Positions 27,953 through 37,608 are shown, counted from the stretch's first letter. The stretch is 45,826 nucleotides of DNA from a bacterium (GCA_021777565.1 JAJYDJ010000001.1:314856-360681), one strand, 5' to 3'. The notes: a model not told the origin generated them from the letters alone. Made by a program: numbers and translations.

Positions 27953-29082
27953 TATTTAACGTAACTCTCATAGAGCTGAACTAGCATTTCTACATTTTTT
28001 CTCATATCCCAACTTTGTTTTACTTGAGTGAATGCATTATTAACTAATGTAGATCTAAGGTTGGTATCTTGAAGTAGTTTTTGAATCATTGCTGCTAGTT
28101 TATCGGGTTTATTTGGTTTCGCTAGTAAGGCTGTATGTTCATGTCTTGCAAACTCAATCATACCGCAACAATTACTTGTAACTATTGCGCAGCCAGATGC
28201 AGCGGCTTCCATCATAGTCGTTAAGACACCCTCGTAGTTCGATGATGGGCAAAGAAATACTTTAGATCTGTGATAGTAGTCTTGTAATACTGATTCATCA
28301 ACATTATGGTAGAGTTCCACTTTATCGGTTAAATCAAGATCTTTTATTCTGTTTTTTAGATTATCTAATTCAGGTCCATCACCGACCATTACAAGTTTAT
28401 TGAATGCAATTCCCATCTTTAGTAATATTGTTAACGCATCTAATATATTATAGATTCCTTTATATGCAAACAGTCTCCCAACATATAATAAGTCTATGTC
28501 TCGTATATCATTAGAAAATGTAAACTCATTTAAATTGATACCATTATAATTTATCTCAATATCTTTGTTCTCTAGTTTTGGGTATAAACTCATCCAGCCT
28601 TCTTTTATTGACCCAGAAACAGCGATAAATCTATTTGGACGGTCAAGAAATATATCATCAAATGACCTATATTCAACTGGTACACCATGTAGGTGAAGTA
28701 CGTTTGTAAAGCTTTCTGGGATAAAGATACTATCAGAAAGTAAATGCGTTATTACTAAGTCATAACTGTCCTTGTTTTCAAAATAGAAAGACTGAGCTTT
28801 TTGCCCAAAGTAAATAGCTTCTTTGTCCCATCGTGTCCAATCCATAGTGGCTTCTTCTGTATATATTTTTCTCTGTGATGGACTAAGAAGTATTTCATGT
28901 ACTTTAATTTGACGGTTTTGGTGACGGAATTGATTATATAGCGTAGAATATGCTATCGGTTTTGCAGTAAGAATAGTCACATCATGCCCAAGTTGGCTCA
29001 GTATTGCTGCTTGTTGTAAGGGTACAATCTCTCCGCCCCCGAGATAATATGATAATCGTGGATGATGAATTAGTAATTTCAT
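27952..29082 (-). CDS. GT4 (GT-B) glycosyltransferase
   Basis: GGGEI, YVGRLFAYKG, EGVLTTMMEAAASG (EX7E). Confidence 0.92.
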   Translation of the reverse strand: MKLLIHHPRLSYYLGGGEIVPLQQAAILSQLGHDVTILTAKPIAYSTLYNQFRHQNRQIKVHEILLSPSQRKIYTEEATMDWTRWDKEAIYFGQKAQSFYFENKDSYDLVITHLLSDSIFIPESFTNVLHLHGVPVEYRSFDDIFLDRPNRFIAVSGSIKEGWMSLYPKLENKDIEINYNGINLNEFTFSNDIRDIDLLYVGRLFAYKGIYNILDALTILLKMGIAFNKLVMVGDGPELDNLKNRIKDLDLTDKVELYHNVDESVLQDYYHRSKVFLCPSSNYEGVLTTMMEAAASGCAIVTSNCCGMIEFARHEHTALLAKPNKPDKLAAMIQKLLQDTNLRSTLVNNAFTQVKQSWDMRKNVEMLVQLYESYVK

Positions 29083-29083
29083 T

Positions 29084-29998
29084 CTATATCCCTCGTGTTC
29101 TTTTATGCTTACTCTGTAGAAAATGTAGATACGCCATATTCACTGTGGCTAACATTGCCCAATCTTGCTTTCTTAATGCATAACTATTTTTATTCATCCA
29201 TGTTTTAAAATATGTATATATAAGTTCTACAGTATTATGATGTTTTTTTACATAAGTAAGGAAATCTCGTGTATCATAGTAGAGTAATTTCTTGGAGCCT
29301 CTTCCAATTGTTGCAGAGACCTTATGGTAGGCTTTTGCTGTTGGTACTGAGCATTGTAGCCAACCTAAATCTGATATCCGCTTTTGCCAATCTGTGTCAG
29401 CATAGTATAGAAAAAAATTCTCGTCCATTAGACCTGTTTCTTTAATTACATTTCTTGGCAAAAGTATACATGCTCCAGGAAGTTTAGTTACCAGGAAGGG
29501 CTCTTTAGGACTTTTTTCATCTTCATAAACCCATTTTGGCATCGGCTTAGCATGAAAGATATTTACGTAGCCACCTGAAATTTCAAAAAGTTTTTTGTCA
29601 AAGTACGAATACATTCTAGGGCCAAATATTCCAGCTTTGCTATTAGATTCGGCTTCATTGACAAGTTCTTCAACGCAATGTTTATTCATGAAAACATCGT
29701 TGTTCATTGACAGAATATATTTCACAGAAGTTTTTAAAAAGAAAGATATTCCGACGTTGTTTCCTCCACTATAGCCCGTATCAGATTTTAAGTAAACGTA
29801 GTTAAATTCTGGGAAATCTGCTTGAATTTTGCTAGTAGAGTCATCACTTGATTTTCCATCAACTATAACCACCTCAATGTCTTTGAATGTTTGTTTTTTT
29901 ATGTGTTCAAGACATTCTTTTGTATCTTTATAGTTGTTCCAGTTGAGGATGACAATACCGACAGTTGGTTTTAGTGTATTTTTCTTTCGTAGGTCCAT
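29084..29998 (-). CDS. GT2 glycosyltransferase (rhamnosyltransferase-like)
   Basis: VILNWN, VDGKSSD, GYSGGNN, MNNDV, FFLYYADTDW. Confidence 0.9.
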   Translation of the reverse strand: MDLRKKNTLKPTVGIVILNWNNYKDTKECLEHIKKQTFKDIEVVIVDGKSSDDSTSKIQADFPEFNYVYLKSDTGYSGGNNVGISFFLKTSVKYILSMNNDVFMNKHCVEELVNEAESNSKAGIFGPRMYSYFDKKLFEISGGYVNIFHAKPMPKWVYEDEKSPKEPFLVTKLPGACILLPRNVIKETGLMDENFFLYYADTDWQKRISDLGWLQCSVPTAKAYHKVSATIGRGSKKLLYYDTRDFLTYVKKHHNTVELIYTYFKTWMNKNSYALRKQDWAMLATVNMAYLHFLQSKHKRTRGI

Positions 29999-30972
29999 AA
30001 GTTATCATTATATTTAGGTGAAATGTGAAATAATAGATTACTTGTTTTTTTGATTATAACATAACCTATAAAGGTTAGTTGTATCCTTAAAGGAAGAGAT
30101 CTAATATAGTCCCAATCTAGCTTAACAGCAATTTTATTCTTTACATCAATTAAGTTATCAGTCTGAAACTCAGGTAGCATAAACAGTGTATACGTATCAC
30201 AGAAAATTCGTTTATATACCTTCCAATATTCTTTTAAAGAAGTAGTCGGCTCATAGAAGCATGCTGCATCATATCGGATACGAATTGAGTTTCTACCAAA
30301 CCTTGAATAAACATCCAAAGTCAAATAAGTGTCGTCACCAATTCTGTCTGGTGGAACTCTCCAGATATCTTTATTTCTTAAAACATAAAATCGCCCATGG
30401 AAATATATCCTTGATCTTAATTCAAAAGTGTAAGGCATGTTAGGTTGCGGATCAACTAAAGCCAACTCATGATATGAGCTTACATCTTTCGTTGCCACTT
30501 GTGATAGTGGATATCTCGATCTGATGTCAATCATCCTAGCCAGGAGGGTACGAAGAAAGCTTTCTCCAGAGAATTGTCTTGCGAATGGATGCCCTCCTAC
30601 TATTAGTAATTCAGGATGTCTGCAAAGCTCATTTAATAAAATATGAATTGACGATCTACTTAGTTGTACGTCTGCATCAACTTTTATTATTGGTATATCA
30701 CTTTTCTCTAATTTAGATATTATTGTGCATAGTGCTTTGTTCATGCCTTTTTCGCTATATAAGATATTAATCTTCAAAACAGACAATGTTTTCTGTAGTA
30801 TCTTTGCTATTTGCTCTGTTTTATCAGTGCAGCCATTGATACAAATGTAGGTTTTTTCTAGTGTAAATTGTTTATCTGCAAATTTTACTGCTCTAGCGAT
30901 ACTTTCGAAAAACGCAGACAATGTTCTCTCTTCATTATAGGCAGGAACTATAATATAATATGAATGCTTCAT
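29971..30972 (-). CDS. GT2 glycosyltransferase
   Basis: IVPAYNEE, NGCTD, VDADV, GDDTYL. Confidence 0.85.
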   Translation of the reverse strand: MKHSYYIIVPAYNEERTLSAFFESIARAVKFADKQFTLEKTYICINGCTDKTEQIAKILQKTLSVLKINILYSEKGMNKALCTIISKLEKSDIPIIKVDADVQLSRSSIHILLNELCRHPELLIVGGHPFARQFSGESFLRTLLARMIDIRSRYPLSQVATKDVSSYHELALVDPQPNMPYTFELRSRIYFHGRFYVLRNKDIWRVPPDRIGDDTYLTLDVYSRFGRNSIRIRYDAACFYEPTTSLKEYWKVYKRIFCDTYTLFMLPEFQTDNLIDVKNKIAVKLDWDYIRSLPLRIQLTFIGYVIIKKTSNLLFHISPKYNDNLWTYERKIH

Positions 30973-31049
30973 ATGAGCGAGCCCTATAGGTTTGACACAT
31001 AATTAAAACTCAAGTAAGATTAGCTGACTATATCATATTTGGATAATTT

Positions 31050-31658
31050 ATGGCTAATACTGATTTAAGTTCTCGCTATACTCTCTTCGTCCTTAAACCT
31101 GACGCTATAGATCAAGCCCTTGATCCGATAATGATTAATGATCTAGAAGAAGCAGGGCTAACAGTTGTAAAACATAAGTTATTACATTTGACCCCCGAAC
31201 AGGCAGCAGTTCTTTATTCAGAAAAGGAAAGATATAATTATTTCTCCCAGTTGGTCAGTTTTATGGCGTCGAGCCAGTCCTTTTTCCTATTGATTAAATT
31301 TAATCATGACACAGAAGCTGATATTGTTATTGAAGCAAAAAAATATAGAGATTGGGCGAGGTTACATCTGAAGTTAGATAACTATGAGCTCACAGAGAGC
31401 GACATGAGGCAACTTGCAATGGGGACCCATCCACTACAAGCAGAGATTACCACAACAATGGCATTAAGAAATTTAATTCACGTTCCAGACGATTTGGAAT
31501 CAGTGATGCCACTATTAGCAGAATTATTTACCGAAGATGACATTGATGAATTGGAAAATAGAGAGCCAGAATTACACGCAGCGCTGAGTGTGGCAAGGCA
31601 AGAGATAGCGATTTCCAGAGATATAGAAACTCATTCTAGTAATAAAGAGAGGGGATAA
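31050..31658 (+). CDS. Divergent nucleoside-diphosphate kinase-like protein
   Basis: TLFVLKPDA, LTPEQAAVLY, YFSQLVSFMAS, NLIH (phospho-His position). Confidence 0.75.
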   Translation: MANTDLSSRYTLFVLKPDAIDQALDPIMINDLEEAGLTVVKHKLLHLTPEQAAVLYSEKERYNYFSQLVSFMASSQSFFLLIKFNHDTEADIVIEAKKYRDWARLHLKLDNYELTESDMRQLAMGTHPLQAEITTTMALRNLIHVPDDLESVMPLLAELFTEDDIDELENREPELHAALSVARQEIAISRDIETHSSNKERG

Positions 31659-32693
31659 ATGAAATACTTGGGCGTCAGTATTGTCATATGTTGTCACAAC
31701 AGTTCAAAAGTTATTGAAAACACATTGCTCCATCTTGCTAAGCAACAAGTTACATCTCAACGACAATGGGAGATAATTCTAGTTGATAATGGTTCAATAG
31801 ATAATACTATTCCTATCGTAAAGAAATTTTTAAGCCAATATATACAACTGAAAGAGATATTAAGAATTGTTAAAGAGAAAAATCTCGGACTAGCCAACGC
31901 AAGAAATAAAGGTTATTTTTCTTCAAAGTACGATATCATAAGTTTTATTGATGATGATAACTTGGTATCGCCTAATTGGGTTGATAGAGTGGGCCAAATT
32001 ATGGAAAGTGATCCCCATATAGGCGTTTGTGGAGGACAAAGCAAAGAGCCGCCCTATCTCAAAAAACCATTTTGGTTTGAGAAATATAAAGAATGTTATG
32101 CAATTGGCAGGCAAGGGAAAGGTTCTCAAGATATTACATCCCAAAGAGGATTTGTATGGGGAGCAGGAATGAGCGTAAGAAAAAAAGCATGGAAGCAACT
32201 AATAAAAAAACATTTCACATTTTTCTTACAAGGAAGGTTGGGGGAAATTAAGAATGCTGGAGAAGACTCGGAGTTATGCTTTGCTTTACGATTGGATGGT
32301 TGGAAAGTCTGGTATGATGATCGACTTATATTTATACATGCCATATCTCAAGATAGACTAAGTTGGTCTGAATTAAGAAAAATGTTTCGTGGCTTTGGTG
32401 TCGGCAGAGCAGGTCACGATCCATATTTCTTTGCTGAGGAACAAAGTCCTACATTATTTGCTAAGTTGTTTTATATGAGATGGTATGGTCAAGTCTGTAT
32501 GGTGATCTTTACAGTGTTGGTTCCATCCTTCCTGAAGTCAGTGAAAGACACACCTAAAGGCTGGGATGGAAATCCTTATATCTTGAAATTAGAACACTCC
32601 TGGGGAAGAATATGCTTCTTGTTATCAAAGCGATCAAAGTACGATCAATATACTCAGATATTAAGGCATAACTTTAAACAGAATAATATATGA
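31659..32693 (+). CDS. GT2 glycosyltransferase
   Basis: SIVICCHNS, VDNGSID, GLANARN, FIDDD, WGAGM, GEDSELC. Confidence 0.92.
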   Translation: MKYLGVSIVICCHNSSKVIENTLLHLAKQQVTSQRQWEIILVDNGSIDNTIPIVKKFLSQYIQLKEILRIVKEKNLGLANARNKGYFSSKYDIISFIDDDNLVSPNWVDRVGQIMESDPHIGVCGGQSKEPPYLKKPFWFEKYKECYAIGRQGKGSQDITSQRGFVWGAGMSVRKKAWKQLIKKHFTFFLQGRLGEIKNAGEDSELCFALRLDGWKVWYDDRLIFIHAISQDRLSWSELRKMFRGFGVGRAGHDPYFFAEEQSPTLFAKLFYMRWYGQVCMVIFTVLVPSFLKSVKDTPKGWDGNPYILKLEHSWGRICFLLSKRSKYDQYTQILRHNFKQNNI

Positions 32694-33586
32694 AGATATT
32701 GTATCTATACGATATTGATAATTGGGCTATACATAATGTTGGTAAGTTATGGTTTGAGAATGTTAAACAACATGAGATTGTTTTCAAAAACTTTTTTGAG
32801 GTTCAAGACGAGAAAAAAATTTATATTAACTTCGATCTTATATGGTTTGGTTATATAGACCTTTATCTATTTTCTAAGGAAAAACCCAAAAATTCTATTG
32901 TTTCTATTCACGATCCGAAAGAGATTTTTGATCAAGTTCCTAATTGGAAAAAAACTTTACCAAATAAAGATAAGATTGACATATTAAGAACTGTTTTTAA
33001 ATGTGTGACCATTTCAAGAGAATTGTTCACAATTTTAACAAAATACGGCATAGATGTAGAACACATACCTACGGCAAGTAGATTACCCTATAGAGATACT
33101 TTAAAAGTTTTCACAGAAAAATCAGATATAACTTCTGTCTTTCAAGTATACAGAAGAAAAAACCCAGATTTAATGTATTCTCTACAACAGAAAGTAGTGA
33201 ATGAACTAAATATAAAATTTGACCTTAAGGTCGGACGTGATATCTTAACAAGGACAAAATATATCAAGTATTTAGATAGTCATGAGATATATATTTGTAC
33301 ATCATATCAGGAAGGTGGACCAATCCCCGTTATGGATGCTATGAACAGAGGGATGGTTATCTTATCAACACCCGTGGGGCAGGTGTTGGAACTAGTTGAA
33401 GATGGAGTAAATGGGTTCTTCTGTTATTCTTTTGATGATTTTTATAACAAGATACAGATGCTATCGGAAGATTTGATACTGTTGGATAGTATGAGACAGA
33501 ATGCAATTGCGACAATCAAGAGCAAAAGAAGTTTGTCTATAATCGATCAGAAGGTGGATATTGTAATCAACAAGTTCTACCGCTAG
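32690..33586 (+). CDS. GT4-like glycosyltransferase
   Basis: C-terminal CTSYQEGGPIPVMDAMNRG...STPVG...DGVNGF. Confidence 0.8.
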   Translation: MKILYLYDIDNWAIHNVGKLWFENVKQHEIVFKNFFEVQDEKKIYINFDLIWFGYIDLYLFSKEKPKNSIVSIHDPKEIFDQVPNWKKTLPNKDKIDILRTVFKCVTISRELFTILTKYGIDVEHIPTASRLPYRDTLKVFTEKSDITSVFQVYRRKNPDLMYSLQQKVVNELNIKFDLKVGRDILTRTKYIKYLDSHEIYICTSYQEGGPIPVMDAMNRGMVILSTPVGQVLELVEDGVNGFFCYSFDDFYNKIQMLSEDLILLDSMRQNAIATIKSKRSLSIIDQKVDIVINKFYR

Positions 33587-33800
33587 TCCCCCTTCTAAAG
33601 CAGGGTATGCTGACAAAGTTATAAATATCGAACATCCCAAGATACTTTGGAATCATTCATGAAACTGAAATTAGATTGTCCCCGCCGTTAGCCTAACTAC
33701 GTCCTTTGATTATACTTTGAAGTTTCTTAATATCTAAGAGTAGATACCCAGCCCCTTCGTCTGATATGCGCCTTGCTCAATAACTGAAATCTCTGCATAC

Positions 33801-34340
33801 CTAGGGGCGACGAGAATCCTGCCATAACTTAATAGCATCATTAAACATTGCTCTTCCCGCCTCACCCCATGGTACCAACTCAGTAACCTGATCTTGAGTA
33901 ACAAATTGTCTTTCCCATGTTTGATTTATTGCTGGATCTGGTGTTGAAGGCAATATTTCTTCAATATCACAAATCATCCTCGCTTGATAAAAATCATCTC
34001 CGATAGCTTGATCTGGGTTGTTCGGGTAATGAACTCTTTGTACGCCTAGCATTTGCACGTTACTGACTCTAATATCCACCTCCTCATGTAATTCACGTTG
34101 TAAAGTTGCTGTTAGAGTTTCATTGCCTTCTGGTGTGCCACCTGGGATTTGCCATCCACCAGTAGAAGAAGATCTACATACTAGTATTTCACCAGCTGCA
34201 TTAAAGCAAATGCCATAAACTTGAGTTACAGGAGAGAATTCATCTTCCTTATCAGTTCTAATCCATTCAGTGGTTATAGGCGCACCATGAAACTCATAAG
34301 CAGTTCTTGGATATCTGTTGGCTGGATCTAGCTCATTCAT
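33801..34340 (-). CDS. NUDIX hydrolase (paralog of 24905-25426)
   Basis: IPGGTPEGNETLTATLQRELHEEV; start refined to ATG 34340. Confidence 0.9.
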   Translation of the reverse strand: MNELDPANRYPRTAYEFHGAPITTEWIRTDKEDEFSPVTQVYGICFNAAGEILVCRSSSTGGWQIPGGTPEGNETLTATLQRELHEEVDIRVSNVQMLGVQRVHYPNNPDQAIGDDFYQARMICDIEEILPSTPDPAINQTWERQFVTQDQVTELVPWGEAGRAMFNDAIKLWQDSRRP

Positions 34341-34468
34341 CCTGATCAATTATACTAAATAGATAATAAATAATTAACTAACCTACTTGTACTCAAAACA
34401 CAAACGATATAATCTAAACTCTCAGATATATATAAATCAGCGATAGCTTATGTTAGAATTAATTGAAT

Positions 34469-34855
34469 ATGACTAAAATTCAAGAAGAAGTTAAGAAGTA
34501 CTTAGATGAACGGAGTTGGAATCACTTAGCCCCTGCAAATTTAGCCAAGTCTATTATGATCGAGGGTGCTGAACTTCTTGAATTATTCCAGTGGGATAAT
34601 TATACAGTTGAACAAATTAAAGAAAAACCAGAATTAGAGGAAAAGATAAAAAAAGAAATTGCTGATGTAATGATTTACTGTACAGAACTGGCAGTTCATC
34701 TGAACTTAGACATAGAAGAGATTATCCTTTATAAATTAAAGCTCGCTTCTGAAAAATATAAAGCTGCAGAAGTTATGAAACATAAAGGAGAAAAAACAGA
34801 AGATTCTTTTTACTTAAAGAAGAAGATGGAATATCGTGCTGAGAAAAAGAGTTAG
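34469..34855 (+). CDS. MazG-like nucleotide pyrophosphohydrolase (dCTPase-like)
   Basis: NLAKSIMIEGAELLELFQW...EIADVMIY. Confidence 0.9.
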   Translation: MTKIQEEVKKYLDERSWNHLAPANLAKSIMIEGAELLELFQWDNYTVEQIKEKPELEEKIKKEIADVMIYCTELAVHLNLDIEEIILYKLKLASEKYKAAEVMKHKGEKTEDSFYLKKKMEYRAEKKS

Positions 34856-35109
34856 CAGACTTACAACTAAAGTTAGGCCGTGAGCTTCTCTAGTGCCCCG
34901 TACAACTATTACCCCTGACATTTTGACTAATATCATCTTTCGTAAGATTAAGCCTATCTAGTTCATTTAAAAGCTTTACAAAATCATATATTATACCTCA
35001 GGGTAGGATACAACTTCACCATTAATGCAGATCTATTCTAAGAAGCGTAAGAGTGCTATTATCCATAGTAAGTTCACATTTAAATAATTTAAAGATGTAA
35101 TAAAGAGTT

Positions 35110-35811
35110 ATGAAAATCACTAAGATATTTCGACTAGAAATTCCTGAGAACGCAAGTGTAAATCAGATACGAGATTATTTGACACTCGAAGAGACGAAAA
35201 AGGTTATCGACTTTCTTGAATCCTCAACCTTATTTGAAAAACAAGTAAAATCATTAAGAAGCAGATATAAGATTCCTCTTAATGGATATCCTACAGACAA
35301 CAAACATTCCCCCTACGACATTTTAGGACGAGAGAGCTTTTCTGCGCTTGAGTCTGATTGCTTTACATTACTAAATACTCTTACCCTTCCTGAATATTGG
35401 CTAGAAACAATAAAAATGTTTGTATTCCACAATGCAATTATTACTCCAAAGAAAGAAGCTTTTCGAATAATTCCGAGAGAGAATACGCCACAAGGTAGAG
35501 AGCTATATCCATATATAGAAATCCTAGAGAGGCTAAGTAAAAGGCAATTTTTACTTGAAGTCGAAAAAAACTGGCAAGAAATAGAAGAAGCAATGAAAGT
35601 ATTACCTAGTACCCCCAAGCATAAAATGCTGCGATCAGACCTGGCAAAAAGGATAGTTGAGCTACACGACATCGATAGTAAAACATTCGCACAAATTGCA
35701 GATCAGCTATTTCAAGAGTTAATTGAATCTGGTGACTATAACATTATCAACGAAGACTATGTTAAAAACCTATACCACCGATGGAAAAAACGTAAAGATT
35801 CTGTTTTTTAA
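35110..35811 (+). CDS. Hypothetical protein, possibly with a C-terminal HTH (element regulator)
   Basis: C-terminal RIVELHD...TFAQIADQL...YVKNLYHRWKK resembles an HTH; first gene of the mobility module. Confidence 0.6.
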   Translation: MKITKIFRLEIPENASVNQIRDYLTLEETKKVIDFLESSTLFEKQVKSLRSRYKIPLNGYPTDNKHSPYDILGRESFSALESDCFTLLNTLTLPEYWLETIKMFVFHNAIITPKKEAFRIIPRENTPQGRELYPYIEILERLSKRQFLLEVEKNWQEIEEAMKVLPSTPKHKMLRSDLAKRIVELHDIDSKTFAQIADQLFQELIESGDYNIINEDYVKNLYHRWKKRKDSVF

Positions 35812-35928
35812 GCCAAAGCGTATTAGTTAATATCCATAACAACTCATACCCAGATCATTAGATACGACCTTTAGCCGATACAGACTTCAATAACTACAAG
35901 AGTTACTCTAATTCAGAAAGGTAACTCC

Positions 35929-36216
35929 ATGCATAAAATTAAAGTAACGGATATACAAATCATACCTATTGTCCCAAAAGATGGATTGGTAGGATTTGCA
36001 AGCATTGTGCTTAATAATTTGCTTTATCTTAGTTCAATCGGTATTTATACTCGACTAGAAGGTGGATTTAGGCTAACCTATCCTACAAAAAAAGTAGAAA
36101 TTAAGAACATAAACATCTTCTATCCAATTAGCAAAGAGTTTGCAGCCTATTTGGAAATATCTGTAACCAAAAAATTTGAAGAAGTAATAAAAGCGAGGTT
36201 ATATGCAAACGAATAA
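35929..36216 (+). CDS. SpoVG-like nucleic-acid-binding protein
   Basis: VTDIQI...GFASIVLN...GI...G...YP...FYPI fits the SpoVG pattern. Confidence 0.7.
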   Translation: MHKIKVTDIQIIPIVPKDGLVGFASIVLNNLLYLSSIGIYTRLEGGFRLTYPTKKVEIKNINIFYPISKEFAAYLEISVTKKFEEVIKARLYANE

Positions 36217-36370
36217 CCTACTGCCACAACAAGCAATTGATGAATTTAAAATCATATACCTCAAGAAATTTGGTAAAAAGATCACTGATGAACAAGCACG
36301 AGTACAAGCTATGCAATTGTACCAGCTCTATGACGCTGTGTATAGAAAACGAGTAAAGCAAAAGTCTTAG
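36203..36370 (+). CDS. Small helical protein (55 aa): MQTNNLLPQQAIDEFKIIYLKKFGKKITDEQARVQAMQLYQLYDAVYRKRVKQKS
   Basis: Below the ORF-track cutoff; overlaps the SpoVG-like stop; GAGG 4 nt upstream; fills the gap before rep. Confidence 0.75.
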   Translation: MQTNNLLPQQAIDEFKIIYLKKFGKKITDEQARVQAMQLYQLYDAVYRKRVKQKS

Positions 36371-36398
36371 CGTATTACTAGGACTTCTGTACACAAAT

Positions 36399-37577
36399 AT
36401 GATAATTACTATGATAGATACTATTGGCTTTTCTATACCTCTTGGGAGCTATACGGTTCTCGATCGAGCACTATTTACTCCTTCTCTTGATTTGATCGAT
36501 CCACAAAATGACTCAGAGGTCATCCAGTTCTTACAAACTAAGAAAGGGATTCAAAGCTATCGACTGAACCCCAAGCATACACAAAAAGAACAAGGTTTCG
36601 CTTATCCAAACATAACTATCTATGAGACATATAAGCATACCAGTGGGTATCAATGTAACCTCAAGCCACATATCTCTATTCCCAAAATGCTCTTTGGACA
36701 TAGTATTGAAGAGGTCAATGACACCTACTATCAAGAGGCTGTTAATACACTACAGTCACGACTCAAAGATATGGGCCTATTAGTATTCGAAAAAGCGATT
36801 CATGAGGCGAGCGTTACCACACTTCATTACTGCATAAACATACTGATGGAATCAGAGACAGACGCTCGAAGATTTCTCACGGCCTTAAGTAAAATGAATT
36901 TAGACGACAGGTACCAAACTCATGATCGTGACTATACAAATGGTGGACGATCTGTTCGTTTTCATACAGATACGTTTGAGCTAATAGCTTACTTGAAATA
37001 CTATGACTTTTTAGAAAGTGGTATGAACAGGATTGATAGAAAGCCGACACTACAAGAAAGAACGATAGCTGAGAGACTATCAAAGTCTAAAACGTTACCA
37101 CCATTGGTCAGAATAGAGGTAAGATTTAATGGGAAGCCATCAATACGAAAACACCTACATACCATTTTAGAAATAGATAAACCTACTTGGACATTGCGAG
37201 ACGTGTTTTCTGAAGACATAAGCAGAAAAGTAGTCAAGTTCTATTGGGATAAACTTATGGATAAACCAAACAATAGGCTTATGCTTATGAATATTTCACG
37301 ATCAGATATATATCGTAAAGCGAAAGAGAACTTCCAACAGATACCCCAACGTATCTTAGACGCGACAATTGGGAGCTTTGAAAGGTTACAGGCAGATGGG
37401 GCATTACAATTTAAAGAAGATGCGCTCAAATTGTATAGCCGAACCAAGTACTATAATGACCAAAAGCGAATAATGGAGTTTCTTCGTATAAATAACTTAG
37501 CAACAGATACTAGGCTTATTGAATTTATTGATAGTGCGGTTTACCATAAACCCATGCAGTTAGGACTTCCTATATGA
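36399..37577 (+). CDS. Putative rolling-circle replication initiator/relaxase (Rep_trans / phage gene II-CRI-like)
   Basis: MIDTIGF start, SIPKMLFGHSIEEV, VTTLHYCIN (degenerate RxD strand), AYLK (YxK), VRIEVR; located beside the integrase. Confidence 0.55.
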   Translation: MIITMIDTIGFSIPLGSYTVLDRALFTPSLDLIDPQNDSEVIQFLQTKKGIQSYRLNPKHTQKEQGFAYPNITIYETYKHTSGYQCNLKPHISIPKMLFGHSIEEVNDTYYQEAVNTLQSRLKDMGLLVFEKAIHEASVTTLHYCINILMESETDARRFLTALSKMNLDDRYQTHDRDYTNGGRSVRFHTDTFELIAYLKYYDFLESGMNRIDRKPTLQERTIAERLSKSKTLPPLVRIEVRFNGKPSIRKHLHTILEIDKPTWTLRDVFSEDISRKVVKFYWDKLMDKPNNRLMLMNISRSDIYRKAKENFQQIPQRILDATIGSFERLQADGALQFKEDALKLYSRTKYYNDQKRIMEFLRINNLATDTRLIEFIDSAVYHKPMQLGLPI

Positions 37578-37579
37578 CA

Positions 37580-37608
37580 TTGACATTGTTTGCTTGGAGA
37601 GAAATAAT
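37580..37608 (+). promoter_or_regulatory. Sigma70 promoter of the recombinase
   Basis: TTGACA (37580-37585), 17 nt spacer, AATAAT (37603-37608); predicted start site near 37615. Confidence 0.6.

Noticed and set aside
33587-33800. Possible gene remnant between the GT4-like gene and the NUDIX gene
   Set aside because: The minus-strand frames I read gave only short ORFs with no recognisable similarity.
34856-35109. Short minus-strand open stretch (IIYDFVKLLNELDRLNL...)
   Set aside because: No start codon before the upstream stop; probably promoter or spacer DNA.
36379-37569. 9-bp direct repeat TAGGACTTC flanking the rep gene (36379 and 37561)
   Set aside because: Short, no extension on either side, and one copy is coding. 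It could be chance and cannot be called a nick site without homologs.
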